Shown here: positions 38,967-50,100 of the stretch, piece after piece
How positions within the stretch are numbered: the first letter of the stretch is position 1
Layout of the letters: each line of letters opens with the position of its first letter
Virus record (IMG/VR): IMGVR_UViG_3300027896_000047
Span: 1-59,237 of that record
Direction: 5' to 3' (one strand)
DNA: 59,237 nucleotides
Source: a virus
Taxonomy: Duplodnaviria > Caudoviricetes
Position numbers and translations under genes: made by a program
Notes under the pieces: generated by a model
Databases searched by the model: none
Seen by the model: only the letters and a program-made list of their open reading frames with translations
Told to the model about the DNA's origin: nothing

Positions 38967-40040
38967 TTACAGTACTGTACGAACAAAAGTAGCAGTTATA
39001 GGAGCATGGTTAGTAGGAGCTGAACTGAATACTACATTAAGAACACCTGCCGCTGTTATTGAACCGCTTGTAATACCGGCGCCAGAAATAACACCTGAAC
39101 CGTTAGAAGTTCCAGTTACACCACCAGTCACAACAGTAAACGCACTACTGAGTAATATTGGGATTTCAGTAAATGTATGTGCATAAGTTGTAGTTGTACC
39201 GTCACCCATAGCGACTAATGAAGTTGTCACTTGAATAGTATCATCAGTAGTTGATGTTACCATGCCTGTAGCTGCTCCTGTAGCTGCTCCTCTGTTAAAG
39301 CTGGCAGTTATGACAGTATTAGTAGGAGGTGCAACAGTGAATGTAAGAGAACATACACCACCAGCATTTATTGTACCACTTGTAATTCCATATCCCGTAA
39401 TATTACCGGCCACATCAGAATTACCAAATACATTCCCAGCTTGGATTTTTAAGCTGTTAAAAACTATAGGCAGTTCAGTGAACGTTTTGCTGAATACAGT
39501 TGTTGTATTGTCGCCTTTTCCAATGTATGAATTAGTAACAGTTACAGGGTCAATTGTAGAATAAGCTCCTCTGGTATATGTAGCAGTTACAGGCGTTAAA
39601 GAAGCAGGGGCACTTGCTAAAGTAACAGTAATCACACCAGCAGCAGAACAACTACCACTTGTAATACCAGCACCAGAGATAACACCTAAATCACTTGTAG
39701 TTCCAGTCACACCACCAGCTGTAATTACTAATGAATTACGGATTAAAGGTAAAGCAGTAAGTGTCGTTCCAAAAGTAACTAGAGCAGCGTTACCAACACC
39801 AAGTGAGACACCTGTAACTGTTACAGTGTCAATTGAACCGATTGCAGGTGTTGCATACCTAATGGCAGGATAAGAATCGCTTGTAGAGATAGTGCTTGTA
39901 AAACTTCCAGTACCTCGTAATACTGCTTGGTATTGGATATCGGAAAGATGTAGAGATTCAGCTATTACTTGAGTGGACTCGGCTTTTTCATCATTCACTA
40001 ATACTAGTAACCCTTTAGTTGGGCTCATATATCTTGCCAT
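38967..40040 (-). CDS. Putative virion decoration/fibre protein: shared N-domain plus three ~90-aa beta repeats
   Basis: N-terminus MARYMSPTKGLLVLVND is paralogous to the next gene. Three copies of G.G...T.F..T....PI......GGVTG....G.ISGAGITSG....GV....F..AP......TATF.R. Confidence 0.6.
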   Translation of the reverse strand: MARYMSPTKGLLVLVNDEKAESTQVIAESLHLSDIQYQAVLRGTGSFTSTISTSDSYPAIRYATPAIGSIDTVTVTGVSLGVGNAALVTFGTTLTALPLIRNSLVITAGGVTGTTSDLGVISGAGITSGSCSAAGVITVTLASAPASLTPVTATYTRGAYSTIDPVTVTNSYIGKGDNTTTVFSKTFTELPIVFNSLKIQAGNVFGNSDVAGNITGYGITSGTINAGGVCSLTFTVAPPTNTVITASFNRGAATGAATGMVTSTTDDTIQVTTSLVAMGDGTTTTYAHTFTEIPILLSSAFTVVTGGVTGTSNGSGVISGAGITSGSITAAGVLNVVFSSAPTNHAPITATFVRTVL

Positions 40041-40093
40041 CGTTTTCTCCTTTAGGAATTTGGGCTATGCTATGTTATTTTATTTATTTTTGA

Positions 40094-40168
40094 CTTGTTT
40101 CTATCCTTGTACTTATAAAATTTAATATAAGTACAAGGATAGAAACAAGGATTTAACCCTTGTTTCTA
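40094..40168. repeat. Perfect 24-bp inverted repeat plus a third partial copy
   Basis: 40094-40117 pairs with 40126-40149; CCTTGTTTCTA at 40158-40168 can pair with 40140-40150. Confidence 0.85.
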
Positions 40169-40177
40169 CCTTACTGA

Positions 40178-41266
40178 TTACGAGAATGCGATAGTTACTG
40201 TACCATAAAGGTCAGTCATCGGATACGATTTAGCATAGAACGAACCTACTGAACGAATCCATGACCAGTTCTCAACATTGTACCAAGAATCCATAACGAT
40301 AAGAGGGATATAAGGTGCATAAATACCACCAACCTCGATCTCGCTATTACCTTTGTAACCAAGTAACAACTTATTGGTTGCAAGATTCGGTACAACATAC
40401 ATTGCGAACTCATCATTCAATGTACCCATTAAGAACAAACGTTTCAACATAGAAACTTGTCCTTTTTCAGCAGTCGGGGCAACATAGTCACCTGAACGTT
40501 TGAAGTATGCAGCGATCTTCGGATTACAAACTACGAAGTTCGGATATCTACGAGTTTTGTTGTAAATTTCACCAGCAGCGTCAACTACTGTATAGAACAA
40601 CTCTTTCTCTTTACGTGTTTTGATGTCAGGAGCGTCACCAACAAGAGGTGCAGTCCAAGTCTGACTGGTAGAACCAGTAGCTTTGGCGTAAAGGTCAGAA
40701 AGGATCTCAAAATTTGTTTCGTCAACAATTTTTGCAGAAAGTGCCTTGGTGATTTCTTGTTCAACATTGATGCCGAGTTTAGAAGATGCATCACCAGCCT
40801 CAAATGTCCATTTACCAGCAAGTTTTCTCTGACGAGCTTTGACGCCTTCTTCTCTTAACACGAAGTCAAGAGTTGAAGTAATACTTTGTCCCTCACCAGG
40901 ATCGTTGGAGTAAGCAAGAGATACATTGTCGATAGCTGAAGAACCAGCTGCGATAGTGCCACCTGCTTGATCAAGAGCAGATCCAGTATATACGTAATCC
41001 AAATACTGCACAATAGCAACACGATCAGGGATCGGCTGAATACCAACAACTTTGTTGATAATGGAATCACGTGCTAATTTTTTAATTGCCGGCAAGAAAA
41101 CTGTAGCAACACGGTCAATACTTGCTGTAGTTGTCTGCTCTGAAACTCTCTGAAGTTCCATACCTTGATTTTCCAGAAGCGCATGATAGATATCAACCAT
41201 ATCCTCAGATATATTAGTAATATCTTTTTTAGCTTCGTCTACATATGCTCTAATTTTGTCATCCAT
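40178..41266 (-). CDS. Major capsid protein (T4 gp23-like, HK97 fold)
   Basis: LLENQ, VGIQP, V.A..RKL...WT.E, E.EI...LS..I..E.N.EI, L.GYKG......G.IYAPYIPL; strong GGAGG RBS. Confidence 0.9.
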   Translation of the reverse strand: MDDKIRAYVDEAKKDITNISEDMVDIYHALLENQGMELQRVSEQTTTASIDRVATVFLPAIKKLARDSIINKVVGIQPIPDRVAIVQYLDYVYTGSALDQAGGTIAAGSSAIDNVSLAYSNDPGEGQSITSTLDFVLREEGVKARQRKLAGKWTFEAGDASSKLGINVEQEITKALSAKIVDETNFEILSDLYAKATGSTSQTWTAPLVGDAPDIKTRKEKELFYTVVDAAGEIYNKTRRYPNFVVCNPKIAAYFKRSGDYVAPTAEKGQVSMLKRLFLMGTLNDEFAMYVVPNLATNKLLLGYKGNSEIEVGGIYAPYIPLIVMDSWYNVENWSWIRSVGSFYAKSYPMTDLYGTVTIAFS

Positions 41267-41346
41267 CCTAGTTTCCTCCTGGGATACTTTTGTTTGTACT
41301 TATAGTGTACGTTTTAATAAAAAACCGTCTTATACTTTAAATTGTG

Positions 41347-43971
41347 TTAAATGGAACCCATAATTTTTTTGAATGAAACCATTCCGGCACTATCAGGTGC
41401 AACAGTGACAGGAGGAACAACAGCATGACTTTTCTGTGTAGCAGTAGGATCAAGGACATCCTCAACTTTAACAGATTCAGTTACAACTGTTTTAGCAGTT
41501 TCAACTTCAGCAATTAATTTAGCAGTAACAGCTTCAAGTTCTTCGATTGTAGTAGCAGCAGTGATTTCAGTACTAATAACTTCTTCAGTTACACCAGCAG
41601 CAGCTAGAACAGCAGATTTATCTTTTTTAGCAGTTGCGAATTCAAGAGCTTTCATTTCTGCGAAAGTCATCTCGTAATCAGCAACAAGTTTCTCTACCAC
41701 TTTTGTTAGTTCTTCAGGTGTATTAATTGCAACACCTTCGAATCTTTTCTCTAGTACAACTTTAAGATCGTCAAATAGCATTTTATCATCGCCTCCAATT
41801 TCGGTTTGTTCGGTTACAGGATTATTTTTAGCACCAGTATTAATATTTTGATTATCAGGAAGTGCATTACCACCCTCTCCGGTTTCATCGTTTTCAGGAG
41901 TAATAACTGAAGCGATAGCCTGGAAAGCAGCAGTAATATAGTCACTTACATTTGTGTCATCGGAAGCATCAACCATAGCTTGTGTAAATGTTGAAACTGC
42001 CATTTGGATCATGCCAAGAGCAATCATGATGTTGTCACTATTTATTGAATCGTTTAATGGTCCAATAAATTTGTTCATGAAGTCATCTTGATTCTGGATA
42101 CCGAATGCATCAGAAAAATCAGTAGGACTTCCATCAGGACTAGTGATTAAAGTATCAATGAATGAAGAAAGAGGATCATCACTTGATGTAGCTGTACTTC
42201 CGTCATCAGCTGCACCACCCATCATACTACCCATTGAGGCGGTAGAGGTCATTTCAGTTACTTTTGCAGCTTTAGCTAGTAAAGTACCCTTATTGATACC
42301 AAGAATAGTATTTGAAATAGCAGCAGCTATGTTATCATAAGCAACTGCACGACTTACCATAATTGTATCATCAACTTCTTCACTTCCTTCAGTTACTTTT
42401 TCCTTCGGAGTGACAAGAACCATACCATTGAAGACAGCGGATTCGATTACAGCTTCAGTGAATGCATCAGGCTCATCAAATTTAATTTTGCTTAATACTT
42501 CCGATCTAGCACTTACATCTTTTAAGAACTCAGGAATTTCACTAATACCAGCAGTCTCGAGTTCAGTGTATTTAGTATGTAAGAAACTAACTGCTTGCAT
42601 TTTTTGAGCAGCTGACATAGACATACTTTCACGAGCTACTAAATAATCTGATGTTGCTTGAAGAGCATTATTATTTAGTACAAGATCAATGTCATGTTCG
42701 GTACTTGTAGACTGGAATGCTTGATAGACAGGACAAGATAAAGTACCCTCAGAAACAGCAAATACTTGTTTATTAAGAGTTTCATTGTTTGTTAAAGCAA
42801 CGAGCTTAACAATTTTTGAAGCATCAACAAGATTCCAATCAGCATTTGTAGTTTTTTCAGAGGATTCAATTACTCTGATTTTTGGCGGGGCATCAGAAGT
42901 GAATAGCTTACCGGCGATACGTACAGTGCTTTGATTTTCTGCTTTAACATTAAGCTCTTGGTATTCAGCAGTTAATTTTTCGTAATTTGTATTTAAACCG
43001 TCGATTTTACTTTCAGTTACAGCGAGTTCTTCTTTTTTTGCATTTAGTCTTTCTTCAAGTTGACTTAAACCGGTTACGATTTGTTGACTGTTAGAAATTT
43101 TTGCATCAAGATCAGCAATAACTACTTTCTTTTCATCGGCAGAAAGTGTATTTTGCTCTAATTCTTTTTTAAGAGAAGCAATCTCTGCAGACAGTTTGTC
43201 TTTTTCGACGCTAAGTCTATCGACTTGCACCTGAGCTTCACGTACTTGCAATTCATCCATATCAAGAGTCTCCTCTGCTACATTTTTGTTTACGGGTATA
43301 GTTAATAAGGTTTTAATATCTTCTGTTAAAATACCATATTCAGTTGAGGTATCTTTTATGAAATTCTCTAGAACTTCTGAATATGCCATTGTATTATCTC
43401 GACACAATGAAGGCAGTATTGAATCTAATGCGTCTACACTTTCATCAGATGATTTTTCTGATATATTTGCTTTTGAAGCATTAGTGACGATATATGAAGG
43501 GTACACAACAAAATCAACGCCTTCTAATTTTAAATTGAAACGTTGATTTACTGATATTGTATTTCCACCAAGTTCTATTGACGAAGGTTGTGATTCGGCT
43601 TTTCCACGTAAGGAAATACCAACATGGTATTCATTAGACAGTAACCAAGCTATGAATTGCCCCCATATAGTAGGAAGTAATGTAAAATCAGCTTGTACTG
43701 TTCCTTCTGCATCGTTAAAATAGATATCATCAATAGCAGCGGCTATTAATCCAATCCATTCTTCATCACTATCTTTCGGGTGTTTTGCAAAGGAGTATTT
43801 ATATGTAGGATCTAAAGCAATTAATTTTTTATAATATACAATTGCTTCTTTTAGAACAGCGGTAGAATATATATTCCGATTCCTACCTGGTTTATCGGCA
43901 AAAACAACATCGACTTTCGTGATTTTCATCGGTTTAAATTTATCAACCATGAATGCTGTTGGTATTGCCAT
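41347..43971 (-). CDS. Prohead protease (T4 gp21/HK97-like) fused to a long scaffold region, 874 aa
   Basis: N.NIYS..VL, KHP, L.T.WG, VGISLRG and DFV..PS in the first ~165 aa; then coiled coil and an acidic Ala/Glu-rich tail. Lies directly upstream of the capsid gene. Confidence 0.8.
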   Translation of the reverse strand: MAIPTAFMVDKFKPMKITKVDVVFADKPGRNRNIYSTAVLKEAIVYYKKLIALDPTYKYSFAKHPKDSDEEWIGLIAAAIDDIYFNDAEGTVQADFTLLPTIWGQFIAWLLSNEYHVGISLRGKAESQPSSIELGGNTISVNQRFNLKLEGVDFVVYPSYIVTNASKANISEKSSDESVDALDSILPSLCRDNTMAYSEVLENFIKDTSTEYGILTEDIKTLLTIPVNKNVAEETLDMDELQVREAQVQVDRLSVEKDKLSAEIASLKKELEQNTLSADEKKVVIADLDAKISNSQQIVTGLSQLEERLNAKKEELAVTESKIDGLNTNYEKLTAEYQELNVKAENQSTVRIAGKLFTSDAPPKIRVIESSEKTTNADWNLVDASKIVKLVALTNNETLNKQVFAVSEGTLSCPVYQAFQSTSTEHDIDLVLNNNALQATSDYLVARESMSMSAAQKMQAVSFLHTKYTELETAGISEIPEFLKDVSARSEVLSKIKFDEPDAFTEAVIESAVFNGMVLVTPKEKVTEGSEEVDDTIMVSRAVAYDNIAAAISNTILGINKGTLLAKAAKVTEMTSTASMGSMMGGAADDGSTATSSDDPLSSFIDTLITSPDGSPTDFSDAFGIQNQDDFMNKFIGPLNDSINSDNIMIALGMIQMAVSTFTQAMVDASDDTNVSDYITAAFQAIASVITPENDETGEGGNALPDNQNINTGAKNNPVTEQTEIGGDDKMLFDDLKVVLEKRFEGVAINTPEELTKVVEKLVADYEMTFAEMKALEFATAKKDKSAVLAAAGVTEEVISTEITAATTIEELEAVTAKLIAEVETAKTVVTESVKVEDVLDPTATQKSHAVVPPVTVAPDSAGMVSFKKIMGSI

Positions 43972-44096
43972 TGTATTCTTTACCTTTAATAAATAAAAAT
44001 TATTAAACCATATGCTATTTATGTTTTAAGAATACAATAAAATTTTAAATTAAATATATCAAAGAGTTCAATTAGAAATGAGTGCATAAAAAATAC

Positions 44097-44132
44097 AAAT
44101 GCACAGTTTAAGCTAATAAACTGTGCATTTTT
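44097..44132. terminator. Hairpin downstream of the tape-measure-like gene
   Basis: AAATGCACAGTTTA-agctaa-TAAACTGTGCATTT. Confidence 0.65.
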
Positions 44133-44157
44133 ATATCTATTTAATAAAATACTTTGA

Positions 44158-47100
44158 TTAGCTACTAGTATCTTTTATATAGATAACTTTAGCACCATAA
44201 AAATGTGCATCTCCTGATATTTGGTTACCAGAGTCATCATTTGTAGGTGCATTTCTTGCTTGATATGCATCCATCCTATATGCCATCGCTTGACTTAATG
44301 CCATCTGTTTTTCAGTAGCAAATTGAATATCAAGACCTCCTGAATGATATGTAGTTCCGGGGTTTTGACTCATCATACTCATCTGTTCACCTATTTCACT
44401 CATCGACATATTACCAGTAGGTGCTACAGTTTCCCCTTGGTTTAACATATCTCTTAAAGCACTTGACATTTCTTCTTTGTCAGCTTGTGTTCCGTCTGTT
44501 TGAGGAGAAAACCATCCCGCAGTAGTAGGTGAGCCACCAGTTTCACCTGCAGGCATATTCCAACGTTGCATAAACCCAGTAGGTGAATATTGAGTTAATT
44601 GTCCACCAGAACCTGTATCACGATTAAATTTATTATGGCTTTCAGGTGCTTTTGCTCTTTGTTCCCTTTCTAAAGCAGTTGTGTATCCAGAATTACTTGT
44701 TTCTGCATCTACTCTCTCTTGAACAGGGTTACCTTTTTCAGAATTATCCCAGAATTTTTCTTGTTGTTTTTTAAATGCTCTATCTTCATCTAGTTGATCA
44801 GGATTAGGAACTCCTAAATCTTTTGCCGGTTTGTCCTTATACTGTTCTGGTAATTCATCGGCTACTGCTTCAGATACAAAAAAATTACTAAGGCGATCAA
44901 GTATACTTTTATCTGGTTTTGGAATTGATGAAATAGCATTAAACTCAGGTTCAATAGCAGCAACACCGTCCCCTACAGTTTCTTTTTTATCTTTGATAAA
45001 TTTTTCTATATTTTTTTGTTTTTCATCGAATTCCTTACGAGCATTTTCTTCATATGGGGTTACTTTTTCTCCCCATATCCCACTACTTTCATTTTCTCTT
45101 CTTTCACTTTCTGTCTTTTTATTTTCTGATAATTCGCTTTGTAATGCACCTAATCCCATAGCACGGTGTTCTTTACTCCATGCCTCTTGTTGGGTCTCTT
45201 TTTTAGACACCCAAGATTCTATATTTAATTCTTTTTGAGTGTCCCCTTTATGTTCTTCAGGTTCTTCTGTTGCACTTTTACTTGCTCCTTTGTTGTTCTT
45301 CGGGTTATCGAAACTTTCTACTGTTGTTAAAAATGTTGTTAATGCTGCGGTAAGAGTATCTAATGATGAAGCTGATGAACCGGCTACATTACCAATACTA
45401 CTAAGAGCTTCAGTCATAACATCCATCTCTTTTGTATCTCTAGCTGAGAAACCTGATGGCATCTCTTTTTTGTCTATTTGTCGCATAAAACCAGCTTCAT
45501 TTTTAAGTATACCAGTCATATGTTTGTCATAATTCATGCTGCCAAGTTCTTCAGCTCTTTCTTCACCTACAACTCCTGCCACTCTCATACGCATAGCAAG
45601 ACCACCAGGACCTGCCATTGCTTTAGGGTCAATGTTACCATTTTCAAGCATTTTTGCTTCGTATGCACCTTGAGCCTTCTCATACGCTAGAGCTTTTTCA
45701 GGGGATACACCCCATAGTCCTACACCAGAAGTCATTACCTCATCAACACTCCCTGCACCTTCTTTCTGTAATGCATTAGCTTTATTTATATTACGTACTA
45801 CTTTTTCACCTAATGCCTGCATAGCTTGAGGTGTATCAAATGAGTCTTTAGCAACATCTTCAGGTCTAGTATTTCCAAATCTAGCATCTCCTACAAAGTT
45901 TCTTATAGAGTCAGATGCAGTATTTTTAAATCCTGCTATAACATTTGCTTTGGTATCATCATACCCCTTTCTTCCACTATCTATTTTAGATAGTAGTACA
46001 CCGATAGCACTTGATGCTTCTTTATCACCTAATCCTAAACCTTTAAATTTACTAGTTAAATCTGCAAGTACATCACTTTTTACTGTATTGGTAATTATAC
46101 CATCTTTTTGTGTATATACAGCTTCTGGATGTGCAAAAGCACGACTTGCGAAATCTTGCATTAGAGGTTGTACTCCTCTAATAAAATCATTTTCTTTCCC
46201 TAATTTATTTGTTTCTTCTCCCCAACCTTTATTATGTTCTTGTTGAGATGAATCGTATATTTTTAGTAGATCAGAATTTAATCCTTTTGTTGATTCTATA
46301 TGATAAGTACTAAGAGTTTCATTATTTTTCCGAAACTCATCTAAATCCTTACCTTCCATTACAGCATCTAAATGAGCATTACGGGAGTATGCATCAAAAG
46401 ATTTACCCATTGCTGTTTTTGTATCAGTTTCAGGTATAGTAATAGTCTGTCTTAATATTTCATCACGTTGTTCAGATATATCTTTATCTTTTTTAAACGT
46501 TTCTTCTTCTTTTTCTTTTGACTTTCCTCCAAAATAATTTAGAGCACCCCCTATACCGGATGCAAGTAACCCAAGAGCTGTAACAACCGTCCCGGCTACA
46601 GGAATAAATGGACCTATTGCAGCCGTTGCACCTCCAATAGCTTGTACCCAAGATCCCGTTGTTTGCATAGCATTATTGGAACCATTATTTGTTATTAAAT
46701 CATGTGCTCCAACTGCTGCTGATACTGTACCACCTACAACTCCTAAACCTTTCCCTAGATAGCTTCCAAAAAAACCCTTAGTAGTATATGCACTTGTTGC
46801 TAGTGCAGCATCTTCGCCAGTTAATTTAGGAACTATGCCGCCTCGTGCTTTAGATAAAACAGCGGTACCGAATAGACTTTCAACAGCAGCGTTTAATCCT
46901 GATCCCGATTCCTGTTTCCATGTGGTTTTCATCAATCCAGTAGTTGGATCTAAAGCCTGTGTAGAAGAAAGTATACCACTTTCTTTTCTTCTTTTATTTG
47001 CTAATACAAAGGCATCGGACCCTGAAAACATTGTAACTGCATCAACTACACCTCCACCTATTGCACCCGCTCTACCAAATAAACCTTCTTCAACTGCTCC

Positions 47101-50100
47101 TACATTTGCCGCCGTTACACCATGTCCTGTAGATAGTCTACTTGCTGATCTATTCACAGATGTAGCTACCGCTCTATTTAATGTACTAGTAAATACCTGC
47201 GGTAACATTGTTAATGCAGTTCCAAATGCTCCACTCAATAATGCACTAGTACCACCACTACCATCAGCAAGTTCGCTAATACCTTGAGATACTAATGATA
47301 AGCCCCCGAATTTTGCAGCGGCACGTAATGGTGCAGTTCGTAGTCCTGCAATACCTTGTTGCCACGCCAACATACTAACAGCACTTGCAGCGCCACGCAT
47401 AACCCCTTCAGAAGTACCTAAACCCTCTTTTTTATCTGCGTCACTCGAAGTGCCTGTAAGTGTTCTAAATGTCTTACCAACTACATGCCCCACACTTTTA
47501 GTCATATCAAGGGCTTCACCACCAATTGCTGATAAACCACCTCCTATCATAACTCTAGGAATATCTATAGCAGTTTTAGCAGTTTGTATCATAATAGCTT
47601 TACCAATAGGTGCGAAAACTTCTTGCGCTCCTATACGAACGGTGTCAGTAACTTCTTTGATAATTCCTTTAAGTTCTGATTTATCAACCGATGCTGCAAC
47701 TGAATGGATAGCTCCTCTCACATCCGAAAAGAAACCAGAAACAAGTTCATGTGCAGCAGCTTTACGTTCAGAATCACTATTAGAACTCTTATCTGCTTGT
47801 GCTACTTTTGTATCATATGTATCCATTCTTCCCATAAAAGGAGTTAGGAAACCATTCATAGCACTACTAATTCCAGCTGATGGAGAGAAATTTGTTAATA
47901 CAGATCCTAAAGCTTTATTAATACCTGTTAATATTAATGATTGAGCACCTGCCGGCGTGCCATACAAACTCTCTACATTATTACGTGTTTGTTGCCCAAC
48001 ATCACGAGAAAGCATTTCTTTATTTCTATCGTATGAGCCTCCTCTTTTCTCAGTGTACTTTTGAGCTAATGAGTCAATAGAATCTTCACGTTCATATTTA
48101 ACTCCATATCTTCCTGCTACTGATTCTAATGCAGCTCCTCGAATAGCTTGTTGTTGAGAATCTGGTAATAAACTTGTTAATTTACCCATGTCTCCAGGTT
48201 TAGTACCCATCGCATTTCTAAGCAATGCGAGAGTCGCTGGATTTTGCTCACTAGCCATTGGGTTTAGGATACTTGACGCCATTGTATCAGTAATATTTTT
48301 AGTTACTACAGCGCCTTCAGCGCCTTTACGCATTAAGATTTCTGAACCACCAAACATACCCATTAAAGATTGGTTCATAGTGTTCATCATCTCTACACCA
48401 GATAAGGATTTCATCTGAGTAGTTGTTTTACCTGCATAAGAAGCTAATAAATCAGGAGACATCTGGAAACGCATTTGTAAAGAACGGTATTGTCCAGCAA
48501 GCATTTCACGGATAGCAAATAATGCACCGCCAGTTCCCTGCTCAGGATTAACCATCCCCAACATCTGGACGTTTTCAAGCATTGTTTTCTGAAATGCAGG
48601 ATTTGCAGCTTGTGACTTAATGCTAGGCAACGTAGCCATTGAAGTCATGACCTGCATAGCTTCAGTAAAATGGATTGGCTGGGTTTTTGCTATATCAAGT
48701 GCTGAACTAACCGCCTGTGTAGCAGCAGATCTGGAACCTAATAATGATTGTAATGAGTTTGTTCTATCCTGTATTTCTCCTAAGATTGCAGGGGAACGCT
48801 CACCAAAACCCATCACCTCATTCTTAAGAGGTGATAAACCCATAATATTCGAAATACCTGAATACACAGGTTGTACTGTTTCGTATGTGGCTTGTTGAGG
48901 TATTTGAGAAAGTGCTTGAAATACAGTCCCTGAAAAAGCAAACATTAATGACCACTGCAAGTTTTTCATCATTGCAGCAGCAAATTCGTTACCGCCAGCT
49001 ACTTTATCATCAACTACGCCTTTTACTTTTTCAGCTCTAGTCATTTCAGCTGTGCCTTCATACACACTAGAACCATGCTGTACTTTATTTACAGTATCAA
49101 GAGTAGCACCGATTTTTTGTAATGATTGATCTCCACTTTTATTAAGTTTCTGTATATCAGCATTTGTAAACGCATTTGTAATATCTGAACGACCTTGTTT
49201 GTATATATTTTCAGCTAAATCTCTTTGTGTTTCTACCGCAGAGCTTCTTTTATCCAGAGTTTCTATACGATCTTGAATCTTTTGAACTTTAGGGCTTTTA
49301 TATTTTCCAGTAGCTTCGTCTTTTTCATCACCATGTGGTTCTTCTTGTATTACTTTGTTTAATTCTAAGTTTTTAGCTAGGCGTTGTTCATTTAATTTCA
49401 TTAAAGTGTTGTGAGCATTACCTGCTTTTTCTTGAGCACTTTGAACACTTTGTAAATTAACATCACCTAAATTAACACCCACTCCTTGTATTTTTTCTGC
49501 CATTCCAGGAGTTAAAATATTTGATACAACATTATCCCTAATTGAATTAGCTTTATTTCTAATATCATTAACTACTGATTGTTTAACATCTCCAGCAGTT
49601 AATGCCTGATCCATGCTAGTCATTGTCTGTAAAAGACCGGCACCATATGCACCCATCTGATCAGCTTTCATATAACTTTTAGTACTGACAGTCTGCCCAG
49701 GTTCCCCTTCGCCACCACTTAAAGAAATAAAAGGACTATATTTTGTACCTGCACTTTGATGTGCTGATATTAATCTACTTAAACTAGATCCAGCCTGACT
49801 TGTGAGCATTCCTGAATCACGCATTGCTCTTTCATTCAGCCCAACATTCATCAAACCTTGTTCTCTAAGAGTTACAGGTGTACCTGCCGCTGCTTGAGAT
49901 GCATAGAATGATTGCATTTTTGACCTAGCAAAAACAGTATTTCTATAATCGTCCCCAGTTTGTCCAGCATTTTGAGCATACTCATAGGACTTTCCAAGAC
50001 TTCCCTGAAGGGTTCTGATCATCATTTCATTTTTACCTAAGAATGATTTCAGATCACTTCCTATACCAATTGAGTTATCATGGGTTGGGTATTGCCCTCT

